NCBI GenBank assembly: GCA_035084275.1
Contig: CM068771.1
Coordinates: 4,092,001 to 4,156,000, forward strand
Reading direction: 5' to 3'
Origin: Hydrolagus colliei
Taxonomy: Eukaryota
Length of the DNA stretch: 64,000 bases
A program made the position numbers and the translations under genes. Within the stretch, counting starts at the first letter, position 1. Each line of letters begins with the position of its first letter. The notes under the pieces are model-generated. The model made no database searches, was not told the DNA's origin, and saw nothing but the letters and a program-made list of their open reading frames with translations. Of this stretch, positions 37,801 through 48,400 are shown one piece after another.

Positions 37801-40800
37801 GAGAGCGAGGGAGGGGAATGTGGGAGTGAGCGAGGGAGGGGAGGGAGTGAGTGAGAGAGGGAGGGGAGGGTGGGAGTGAGCAAGGGAGGGAGGGAAGGGA
37901 GGGAGGGGCTGTTGAGATCAGCCGAGTGTTTCTTCCTATACAGTAAAATCTCGATAATCCGACATTCCAAAAGCCGGCAACCTCCCTAAAACCGGACAGA
38001 TTTCCAAAGCACATATAGTGTCGGATGTTTTCCGATGTCGGCGAATCCTCCCGAGGTTCGGAAACAGCTGCTTGCAGTTCCCGGATTGGCCGCTCCGTCA
38101 CTCGGCGCTGTGGTTGGAGCTCGGGCATTGGTGCTGTGTTTGTATGGGGGGGCGGCAGTGGCTTCCCCAGCCATTTCCAGGTAAGTTTCCAAATCCCGGC
38201 AAACTCCCAAAACCCATCAGGTGAGTGCCGGATCATCCAGGTGTTACTGTACAGGCAGATGTCAGGGTGGGTTAAGGAGAATAAAAATGGCTGCGATTGT
38301 CCAGGCGTTACGCCCCAGTCTCCAATTCAGATGTTCTGCTCTAAAGAGATTGTGCATCAAAGGTTACAAGATTTGCTTCTCATTGACAGATTGAAGACGC
38401 CACCCAGACCCCAGGGCCAGCGTTCAGAGCCTGAGAGCAGAGGGGTAACTTCATTGCTCACTTTATTAAAGTTTTGAGTCTGAAAATATTTAGCTGGTTA
38501 GACTCCAGCAGTTACCCCCAACACATACTCTGGGGGCCCCCCGAGCCTTGGCTCTCGCCAACCTGCGCCTAATACTCTCCGGAATTAGGTAAGCAGGATG
38601 TGTCCCTCCAGGGAGAGAGAGAGTGCGTATTCCATTCCAACAATCTGTCTCTGGGATTTCCATGTGTAGGTGGGATGCATGAAATCTCAGTTTGGTTTGG
38701 AGACACTTAAGCAGAGTGATGGGTTTCCGCATGTGACAAGACAACCCCCCTCCCCCTCCCCCCCACCCACTCCAAAAAAAATCTCTTTTGCTCGGTCAAC
38801 GGATGGGTGAAGATCGTTGAATTGAGTCCCAGTAGCACAGTTGCTCAGTTGAACGTTTGTGGGTTGAAGCTGGGAATTTGCGATCACAGTCTTGACACTC
38901 CCAACACAGTAACAGTGGTAATACATTTGATATTGAATCTTTCGCGTCTCTCTTAAGTGTTTCGCAAGATATATCCTGAAGAATATACTGAGAGATTTTG
39001 GGGTTTCAATGCCCTACATGGAGACCTTTGCGGCCTCCTAACCCCCTACCAACCTGCTCGGCCTCTCCGCTCAGCAGGCTCCAGCCTGCTTCATGTCACC
39101 CACCCCACCATCGACGGGCGAGCCTTCAGCCACTGTACCCCCAACCTTTGGAATTCCATCCCGCAGTCCCTCCACCTCGGCCCCTCCCTAGCCTCCTTCA
39201 AATCCTGTCTCAAGACACACCTATTCAACCGTGCCTTCGGTCACCCTCCATCTCCACCCCACCCAACCAACACACCTCAGTTTAGACTATTGAGTTCCAA
39301 GCTCCAATCCCAGTTCCAAGCTCCCAACAGAAAATGTTGCCCGAATGTATGCTCAGCCCCGGGTCTCTGTGGACCCACATACGCAATAAGCTTCAGCCTC
39401 TTTGAGAATGTCTGTGTGCATGTGTCTCTCTCTCGTCTATCTTTGTGTTTGTCTTGTTTGCGAATGTGTGTGTGTGTGTGTGTGTCTCTCTCTCTCTCTA
39501 TCTCTCTCTGAGTGAGTCTACCTCTCTCTTGTGTGTGTGAGTCGATCTCTTCTCTTGTCTGTATTTACCTGGGATCGATTCCCGCCAGAGAGAAACGATG
39601 GGGAGGTTTCCTTACTCCATACTCCTTTTGTTTACCCGGCAGTAAGTAGTTTGTCTCTGTGAGTGTGTGTTTGTGTCCCCAGCCCCCACCTCTCTCTCTC
39701 TCTTTCTCTCTCTCCCTGTCTGTGGGTCTGACTCTCTGTAGGGGTGAGGAGGGGATTGTTTCTCTCTGCGTGTGTGTGATGGTGAGAGGCAGGATTTTGG
39801 TAACGCCTGCGAACCTCCAGGCCTTCAAATGTAGCGCAGGGTACATGTGGACCAAACTCACTCGTTCCACTCTCTTCCCCCCTCCCTTCCCCCCCCCCTC
39901 CGCCCACCAATACCCTTCAGTGTCTAGGCTGCACTGACATTGAGGAGATGGAAGAACGTTTGACGCGGGTGCTGTGTCTAGTGGAAACAATGGGATCCCA
40001 ACTCATGCGTCTTGTCTTGTCTCGGTGAACGTCACTCACTGTCTGGATCGCTTCTTTTAAAAGTAAAATCCGCCTCCCGGTACAATCCCTCCCCCCCCCC
40101 CCCACCCCTCCCCCCCAATATTTCCTACGATATTTGTCAAATTTCCTTGAAATGTTTGGCAAATATTTCCGCAATATTCTACCTGTTGATTAAGAGACAC
40201 AGTGAGAAATATTTGGAAGGTGTGAGAATCTGTGTGTGGGTGGGGGGAAGAGAATGGAGGGTGGGTGGGGGAGTGAGGGGGCGTTGTGGAAATTTTGAAT
40301 GAAGACTTTCAGTCGGTATTTTATGCCACTAGGTGGCAAGAGTGCAGCATTCCCCCTCCCCTCCCCCCCCCCCCCCCTCCACATACACACACACACAAGT
40401 ACTGGTACAAACAGCCAATGTAAAGGTCACAATTATTGCACAACGCTCAACAGCAAGATGAGAGAATCTTTCAGCTGAGACGTGAAGCCAAGGTCCACTC
40501 ACACGCTGTTATTTTTTTTAGTAAGATCCTCGTCCTCACCTTCAAGGCTATTCACGGCCTTGCCCCCCACCCGCCTATCTCTCCGACCTGCTGTCTCCCT
40601 ATCAGCCTGCCCGCACCCTCCACTCAGTGGGCTCTGGCCTGCTGCATGTCCCTCGCCCTAACCGCCCCACCATCGGTGGCCGGGCTTTCAGCCTCTCTGC
40701 CCCCCACACTGTGGAACTCCATCCCGCAATCCCTTCTCCTCGCTTCCTCCCTTTCCTCCTTCGAGGCCGGTCTCAAGACCTTCCTCTTTGACCATGCCTC

Positions 40801-42654
40801 CTGCTGCCCGCCTAACTCTCTCCCCTCTCCTACTCTGGCACACGGTCGAAGAGGAAGGTCTTGAGAACGGCCTTGAAGGAGGAAAGGGAGGAAGCGAGGA
40901 GAAGGGATTGCGGGATGGAGATCCACAGTGTGGGGGCAGCGAGGCTGAATTGACTAACAACTGGGTTTCTACTTACTGCTAGGTAAAGAGAAGTGTGTGG
41001 AGTCAGGAAATTTGCTGATTAAAGTTTTGCCTCTTGGGAAGTAAAGGGATTGATGTGATGGGGGAAAGGGATTGATTGATTGATTGATTGAGCGGAAGGT
41101 GTGAGACATGAGGAATATTTTTCTCCTGGTGTAGGGTTTTCAGGGATTCGGAGACACCGGCTTCCACATGTCCTTCGGGATCGGAGCATTTCCCTTTGGA
41201 TTCTTCACAACAGTATTTAACTCTAATGACAACCGCCATCGAGTGGGTGAGTGCTGTCAGCTCCTCTGTGGGGACGACAACAACAACAACTTCCATTTAT
41301 ATAGAGCTCTCCACACCGGACGGTGTCTCAGAGCGCTTCACAATAAAGGATCCCTGGACCGAGCCAGGGGGGCGGGTGGCGGGGGTAGAAAGGTGACCAA
41401 AGGCGCGGCTGAAGAGAAAGCTCTTTAGCTGAGACCTGAAACTGGGAAGAGAGGGGGGCGAAGCGAAGGGAGTGAGGAGGGAGGGAGTTCCAGAGCCTTG
41501 GGGCGTAGTGGCTGAAGGCATGGCCGCCGAGGGTGGGGCGGAGGATTCGGGGGACATGGAGGAGGCCAGGGACTACGTTAGGGAGGGGAGCTGTGTGGGG
41601 GACAAGTGTGAGTGTCTGAGTGGTGGGGCAGGGTTCAGCCATCAGAATGGCTGTGGAATCTGAACTGAGCCTCCTTCAAGTCTCTCCTCTTCGATGTCAA
41701 CCCATCGGCAACTCCTAATTCCCCCCCCCCCCCCTTCCCTCCTCTATGCATCCCCCCCCCCTCCTTGGGAAGTCCTCCGGACGTGAGAGGCACGATACAA
41801 GTGTCATTTTGTTGTGATATATCTTTTCGGCCGCGCTTTCAGTCCCCTTCCTCCCCCCCTCCCCCTGGCCTCGCTCCCCAGGATCTGTTATTGTGAAGCG
41901 CTCTGAGATGCCATCTGGCGTGGAGTGAGTGAGGGCGCGATATAAATCCAAGTTGTTGTCGTCATGGGCGAAACAAGGCAATCAATTATATACAGGAGTG
42001 TCCCATCAGCCGTCAGGGATTGAAGTCACCAAATTACTATTATTATGTTTTTTGAGGAAAGTATTACTCCTGGAAAAGCGATCCTCCAAAGCAACCAACA
42101 GCCGAGTGTCAACAACAACAGCAAAATGACACTCTTATCGCGCCTTTCACGTCAGGAGGGCGTCCCAAGGCGCTGGACAGTTACTGCTTCAGACCCGAGC
42201 TAAGGGCAGAGTGGGGGGAGGGGGGAGGTTTGTTGAGGGAGGAGTGTGGTGTGTTGCAGAGCAGGTTGTGTTGTGGGGGAGAGGGAGGTGTGTTGGGGAG
42301 TGTGTGTTGGAGGAGGTGTGTTCGACAGCTGAGTGTTGGGGGGGTGGGGATCATTGGATGACAAGAGCCCAGTGAACACCCCACAAAGTGGCAGGGGGGG
42401 TGGGGTGGGGGGGTGTGGATGAGGTGGGGTGGGTGGGTGTGTGTGGGTGAGGTGGGGGAAGCAGCCAGTGAATCAACCACTCGGCCCTTTTCCTTCCAGA
42501 CAATGATCGAGCCGGAGCCCGCGGCAATATGGACTGGGATTCCTTCTTCGGGGGGAACCGGGCGGCGGCGGCCGGCAACAACAACAACAACCACTGGGAT
42601 TCGGTCTTCCTCTTCATCGCCATCTTCTTCTTCTTCTGGCTCCTGAGCGTGTGA
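26878..42654 (+). CDS. RNF5: E3 ubiquitin ligase RNF5 (RING C3HC4, C-terminal membrane anchor), 199 aa; join(26878-27023,34960-34978,37057-37169,38390-38444,41135-41246,42500-42654)
   Basis: Exons give [104 protein letters not shown]. All phases are compatible (600 nt). The N-terminus and FFFWLLS end match recalled RNF5 better than RNF185. Confidence 0.93.
27045..29350. repeat. C-rich composite minisatellite (CACACACAGACAGAGACACCCCCCCCCCT units) in RNF5 intron 1, with three gaps
   Basis: Direct inspection; about 30-35 nt units with variable poly-C and CA lengths. Confidence 0.95.
29898..30105. mobile_element. Non-autonomous Tc1/mariner (pogo/Tigger-like) MITE, 208 bp
   Basis: Perfect 27-bp TIRs CAGTAAAAGCCCGTTTATCCGGCACCC; TA at the right flank. 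Confidence 0.9.
31330..31855 (-). mobile_element. L2 LINE 3' fragment
   Basis: Minus strand [24 protein letters not shown]..(CAA)n tail. Confidence 0.85.
31860..32050 (+). mobile_element. Degraded DeuSINE-like remnant
   Basis: gtgggttcaagctccagactttgagc..tgggaggtgctatctttc..cccacgtgctattt resembles the recalled SacSINE1/AmnSINE Deu domain; a similar piece is at 29760-29890 on minus. Confidence 0.45.
34210..34640 (-). mobile_element. CR1 LINE 3' end
   Basis: [31 protein letters not shown]. Confidence 0.85.
34960..34978 (+). CDS. RNF5: RNF5 19-nt micro-exon (C)WPCLHQ
   Basis: gagcag|CTGGCCATGTCTCCATCAG|gtaaga; supplies exactly the missing RING residues. Confidence 0.9.
36238..36910 (+). mobile_element. 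Two head-to-tail tRNA-SINE copies (long subfamily, then short subfamily)
   Basis: GGAGTCCTGTAGCTCAGTGG..GTTCGATTCC; the first copy carries the extra TGTTTACCTAGCAGTAAGTAGGAACC segment. Confidence 0.85.
37057..37169 (+). CDS. RNF5: RNF5 exon 3 (RING C-half)
   Basis: gtgcag|[20 protein letters not shown]|gtacgg. Confidence 0.93.
37275..37640 (+). repeat. About 13 x 29-bp GC-box minisatellite in RNF5 intron 3
   Basis: GGGGGCGGGGCTATTGCTCTGAC.. units. Confidence 0.9.
37645..37910 (+). repeat. Purine-rich GGGAGTGAGCGAGGGAGG repeat
   Basis: Direct inspection. Confidence 0.85.
37941..38249. mobile_element. Older Tigger-like MITE with TA target duplication
   Basis: TA|CAGTAAAATCTCGATAATCCGAC..GTGCCGGATCATCCAGGTGTTACTG|TA; imperfect TIRs. 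Confidence 0.7.
38390..38444 (+). CDS. RNF5: RNF5 exon 4
   Basis: ttgacag|[19 protein letters not shown]|gtaact. Confidence 0.92.
40326..40338 (+). promoter_or_regulatory. CTCF core motif match
   Basis: CCACTAGGTGGCA. Confidence 0.4.
41135..41246 (+). CDS. RNF5: RNF5 exon 5
   Basis: gtgtag|[38 protein letters not shown]|gtgagt. Confidence 0.92.
42500..42654 (+). CDS. RNF5: RNF5 exon 6 (TM anchor, stop)
   Basis: ccttccag|..[23 protein letters not shown]; AATAAA at about 43024. Confidence 0.9.
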
Positions 42655-43129
42655 GCGGGCGGAGGCAGGCAGGCGGGGGAGGTGGGCGCGGGGGGTGGGG
42701 GGAGAGGGTTTGTCGGTGGCCGGCCGGCCCGGGGCGGGGGGGGGGGATGGGTGGGGGGGGGTACACACACGGACGGACACGACGGGGACCCTGTGGATCA
42801 CGGATCTTTCGAAACTGCAACACTTTAAACGCGAGAGAGAGAGAAATATTAAACGAAGACGGAGAAGCGGGAAAGGAGGCTCCCTCCCTCAATGATAAAA
42901 CACCACCACAACAACAACAGCAGCAGCAAATAACGAAACAGGCAGGACTCGGCAGCTTCCCCCTCCCCCCCAGGCCTGTTGCACTGTGATCCAGTAACGA
43001 GGTGATTCTCTCATAAACTCTTTAATAAAGGTTTCTGTGCAATTAGGTTCACTGATATATAAAAAACACACGAAAAGTCCTCGGCTCCATTTCCCAAACT
43101 TACAAATCTGCTTTACTTTTTCTTTCCCC

Positions 43130-43630
43130 CCCCCAACCCCACCCCTCTGCCCCCTCTCCTCTCTCCCCTTCCTCTCTCTCTCTCCTCTCCCCACCCCCCC
43201 CCGCCCCTTGTCTCTACCTCTCCTCTCCCTATACTCTTCCCCCTCCTCCCACTCTCCTCTCCGCTCTCGCCCCTCTCCTCTGCTCTTGCCATCCTCCTCT
43301 CTCACCCCCCTCTCCTCTCGCTCCCCTCACTCGCTCTCTCTTCCGCTCTCTCCCCCTCATCTCTCTCTCCCCCTTCCCTCTCTCACCCTCCTCCCATCTC
43401 TTCCCCCCCTCACCCTTGTCGAGAAGGCTGTGGAAGCCTGGATTGATTGCTATTCAGTCTGTTGCCGCATCTTCTACCCTTCTTCCCTCCCTCTCCCACT
43501 CATGTTCTTCTCCTCTGTTTACCTCTCTCCTCTAGTCTCTCATTCCTTTCTCACTCCCTACCTTTTCACTTCTCTCACTCTTTTATCTCATTCTACCCCC
43601 CCTCCCACTCCTTTCTGTTTATCTCTGTCT
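43130..43630 (+). repeat. About 500-nt polypyrimidine (CT-rich) low-complexity tract
   Basis: Direct inspection. Confidence 0.9.
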
Positions 43631-45428
43631 CTTCATTCATGAACCCTTCTCGACAACCAACCCAGTCTCATGTTCCTTTACCCATTCCGAGGCCCACATT
43701 ACAGACACTGCCCGATGATTCTGAAAACGATAGATTTTTTTAATCAGCTTTTTACTCTCTTATTAGAATTAGGTCGTATGATGTACAGAACTTCTGATTT
43801 TCAAAAAAGGACTTGCTTGCCTCCGCACACACACACACGGATGCACACAAACACAGACACAAACTCCACACCCTTTGCAGTCTTGCATTTGCTCTTTTTT
43901 TGTGTGTGACTTTCCAACAACCCAATATGTGTGTCCTCCCGTTTGTTTGTCTGTCTGCGTCTCTTGTCTGTATTTTCTGGGAGGCGATTAAAAAGTAACT
44001 TTCCTGTACATTTCTACTGCTCAGTATTAATAAACGTCAGAATTGGAGAGGTGTCTGGGAGCAGAATGTTTCTCTGTGGGTCAGAGCGAGATGGTAACCT
44101 CTCTCCACAGACGAGGAATAAATAGCTTGGAACAGGGTTACCAGGAGGTATGTCCGTGACCCCGTTTCCCTCTCCCCCCCCCCCCTCCACCTTCACCCAG
44201 CTCCACTGGCTCTAATCCCCCAGAGGATACGTTCAAAATCCTCACCCTCTCCAAATCCCTCCACAGCCTTGCTCCTCCCTATCTCTTGGATCTGCTGACA
44301 CCACATATGAACTTGTCCGCTCAGCAGGCCTGCTCCATGTCCCCATCCCACCCCACCGTCTCCCCCTCCCCACCCTTACCCTCTTTCTCCGCTAATCCCA
44401 CTTCCCCGGCTGTTTGGGGGGACGCTGCTGTGCGCAGTTTGGCTGCCGTGTTTAGGCCACAAATATACAGTCAATTCTCCTGCTCTCCTTCATTCTGCCC
44501 CTCCCTCCCTCACCCCCCCACTCCCGCTCTGGTCCCTACATGACTGTACAGCGCCTTGGGACGTCCTCTCGACGTGAAAGGTGCTATATTAAGTTTTCAT
44601 CGATTGGATTGATTGATGGTTGGGCCTTCAGCCTCTCTATCCCCAAACCCTTTGTTATTACACTGTATTACAATTAATTACACTGGTACGGTGGCTTTCA
44701 AATCAGTAAGGCGTCCTTCACTTCATTCAGGGAAGTGAGCTGGGAGTTGGGGGGTCAGGAGGGTTGGGGCGTTTGGTTCGGAAGGCACGATCAAAGAGGA
44801 AGGAAGGTCTTCAGATGAGACTTGAAGAAGGCAAGAGAGGGTTGAGGTGGAGCGAGTTCAGGATGGAGGCAGAGATGAATGCCCGACTACCAGTATATCG
44901 GCCATCAAATGTACAGTCAATTCACTTTCCAGTAGATTCTGTGAAGCGCTTTGACACGTCTAGAAGCCATGAAATGCAAGGATTATTATTATTATTTATT
45001 CTTCTTACCAGAAGCGAGGGTGGGAAATGTGTTGGGCGACCTGAAGCAGGCCATAGTCCGTAGAGCGGAGGGAACGGACGGGTTAATATGGAGGTTAGGA
45101 GGTCGGAGAGCTGGGGAGTGCAGGACCGTTGTGAAGGGGTGTGAAGAGGACGCAAGCTGAAGAGGGTTGATATCCTCCCGTTAGAAAACTGGTCACGTTC
45201 ACAGTATTTTTTTTCGCGCTGGAAAGTGAATGTGAGCAAACGTATCAAAACCACATCCTCTGAAACAAAACATCCAGAAACCATGACAGCAATTTACCGG
45301 CTGTGTGGAAATCCTTACTGCTGAGCTGTCCGTTTTCAGAGACTGAGAGAGAGCGAGAGGGAGGGAGGGAGGGAGGAGGGAGCTATGTGATTCGGGCTGC
45401 CACACTTTTCCCACAGTTAGCACCCAGC

Positions 45429-45495
45429 ATGGACGGAGGTAGACTGAGAATCCGCTCGTTGCTGTCCTCGCTTCTCATCCTCGCTTCACTACGTG
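45429..45495 (+). CDS. Ig receptor signal-peptide exon
   Basis: MDGGRLRIRSLLSSLLILASLR G|gtgagt, phase 1. Confidence 0.8.
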
Positions 45496-48400
45496 GTGAG
45501 TTTGTGTCGAGCCATCCAGAACTAGTTGTATTCTCGAGCTGGGGTGAGGGGGTGGGCGGGCAACGACCTTAAAAGTTAACACAAAACCGTTTGATTGATC
45601 TCTGCTGAATACCCCCTTGTTGAGCTCTTGCGAGACTCGTGGGCTTGCGGGGAGACTCAGGGGTTAGAGCGCTCGCTCCACAAGCGAGAGAGCTTGGGGG
45701 GGTTTGATTCCCGGCAGATTGGGCAAGTCTCCTTACATCACACGCTTCTGTTTACCTACGATAATAATAATCCTTGCATTTGATATCGCGCTTTTCACAT
45801 CTTATCGTCGTCTCAAAGAATGTACCGTAAACTGAAGTGACTGTATATATTTGTGGGCGAAACGCGGCAGCCAATTGCGCACAGCAGCGTCCCCCACAAA
45901 CCGCCGTGGATTGAAAATTTTTTTTCTTGTGGTTTTCTTTGGGACGGATTATTAATAGGCACGCACGCATGTGTGTGTGTGTGTGGAGTAAGGAAACTTG
46001 CCCAAGGTTTCGCCCTGACCTGCCTGGATTCGAACACAGGTCTCACGCGCTCGTAGGGCGAGTGGCTCTAACCACTGAGCCACAGGAGCTCCTGGCAGCG
46101 AGGAGGAATCTGGGGTTGTTTATCGATTGGGGGTAGTAATACCTTCAAAAACGTTTACTGGTTAAAACCAAAATAATTTTGTCTCCAAATCCACGACTGC
46201 TTGTGGGACACTGCCGCGAATCGCCCACAAAACGCACATGTCTCGGAAGACACGATAAGGCGCCAAGAGTGTGACGTTGCGATCAGTGGCATTCTTATTA
46301 TTCCAACGTTTCCGTGTGATTTTTGACAGCCCGGGTCATCGCTCTGAAAGTCACAGCCGCCGCGAGTCCAGTGACCGGGTTTGTGAAGCACGACGTCCTG
46401 CTGCCCGTGTTCTACGAGGCGCCAAAGACCTCGGGATTCCTGCGGATATTGTGGGAATGTGACTTGGGACACGGGATGCGGAGAGTGTTGATGCACAGCT
46501 CGCCCAATACCACCCAGACCAAAGGCTGGATATTGCCACTGTTTGCCCCTGACCCATACAAAGGCCGAGTGACCCTTTCTGCTGAAAACGCTTCCTTGCT
46601 TATCAGGGATCTGCGGCTGAACGACACCGGGATATATCGGGTCACGGTGACGGATTCTAAAACAAACTCGCAGGCGTACGTCAACCTCACTGTCGTCCTC
46701 CAACCGGGTAAGGACTGGGAGCGCGTGTCGCAGTAGGAATAACGATGATGAAATAAGGATAAGACGAATAATACTCTTTGAATTTTATATAATGTCTCAT
46801 CACGCCTTCGAGACGTCTCAAAGCGTTTCAAGCGACTATTAATATATAACTAATTATATTGTTAATATAATTCATATATTAATAATCCTTGCATTTGATA
46901 TAGCGCTTTTCACATCAACAGCGATAAAAATTCCACCCGCAAAGCACACAGTCACCACACTTGTGTGAGAAATATACTGAGAAGTGTAGTGACTGTGTAC
47001 TTTGCGGGGTTGAAATGGGGTGAAACAGGGCAGCTAATTGTGCACAGCCGTGTCCCACACTCAGTGGGATTTACATTTACATTTATAGAGAGAGCCCCTT
47101 TCACGTCGGTGGTGGGGGGATGTCCCAAGGCACTGAACAGTCAGGACGGGACCAAAGCCAAGACACGATAAGTCCCATCTTATCGACGTCTCAAAGCGCT
47201 TCACAGAGTATACTGTAAAGTGGAGTGACTGTATATTTGTGGGCGAAACGCAGCAGCCAACTAAGCACAGCAGTGTCCCCCACAAACAGTCGTGAATTGA
47301 AATGAACAATTTATTCTAGTTTTTTTTTCTTTGGAGGGATTATTATTAGGCGTGTGTGTGTGGAGTCAGGTAACTTGCCCAAGGTTTTGCTCTGTCGGGA
47401 ATAATGACATCATTATTTTTTGGTGGGGACAGGTTTGTAGGGAAGAGAGAAGGGGAGTGGGATGATTTGAATGAGCTCTTTTCAAAGACCCAGCACGGAC
47501 GCGATGGGCCGAATGGCCTCCTTCTGTGCTGTATATTTCTATGAATCGAACCCAGGTCTCCCACTTGTGAGGCAAGAACCCAGGTCTCCTGCTCTCCTTC
47601 CCCCCTACCCCGACCCCTCCCCTTACCCTCTTTCCCCCCTTTCTCTGCTAATCCCACTTCCACGGCTATTTGTGAGACGCTGCTGTGCGCAGTTTGACTG
47701 CTGCGTTTCACCCACAAATATACAGTCAACTCTCCTACTCTCCTGCATCCTGCCCCCACCCCTCCCCACCACTGCCCCGCTCTTGTCCCTACCTGACTGT
47801 ACAGCGTCTTGGGACGTCCTCTCGATGTGAAAGGCGCTATATAAATGTAAGTTTTGATTGATTGATTGATTGATTGAATTAATTAATTAATTAATGAATT
47901 AATTGGAAGGTGACTGAAGGCGTGGTCAAAGAGAAGGTTTGGAGACAGGTCTTGAACGAGGCAAAGAGAATGTGGGATGGAGTTCCAAAGGGTGGGGGCC
48001 CGACAGCCGATGGTGGGGCAAGCCAGACGGGGGATATGGAGCAGGTGAGAGCCCGTTTAGTGGGGGGGATGCGGACAGGTCAATATGGTGTGAACAGCTC
48101 AGAGTTAGGGAGGAGTGAGGCCGTGGAGGATGTTGAAGGCGAGGATGAGGAATTTGAACTCGATCCTCTGAGGAACGGAGTGGAGCCTGGCGACGGTGGG
48201 GGCGATGGGGGTGGTGGTGGAGGAGAGGGCGCGAGCTGCAGAGTTCTGGATGATCGTCGGCTTGTGGGGAGCCGACGATCAGGGAGTTGGCGGAGTCGAG
48301 CCTGGATGTTAAGGGCAGCGTAACAAGAGCTGTAAACCTCCCTGTGTTTTTCTCACAGTAACAGGTGCTCCCACAACAAACAGTGTGGAGGTGAGGTCGT

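Noticed and set aside
27045-37910. CRISPR-like arrays
   Set aside because: Tandem units lack unique spacers and the context is eukaryotic; these are minisatellites.
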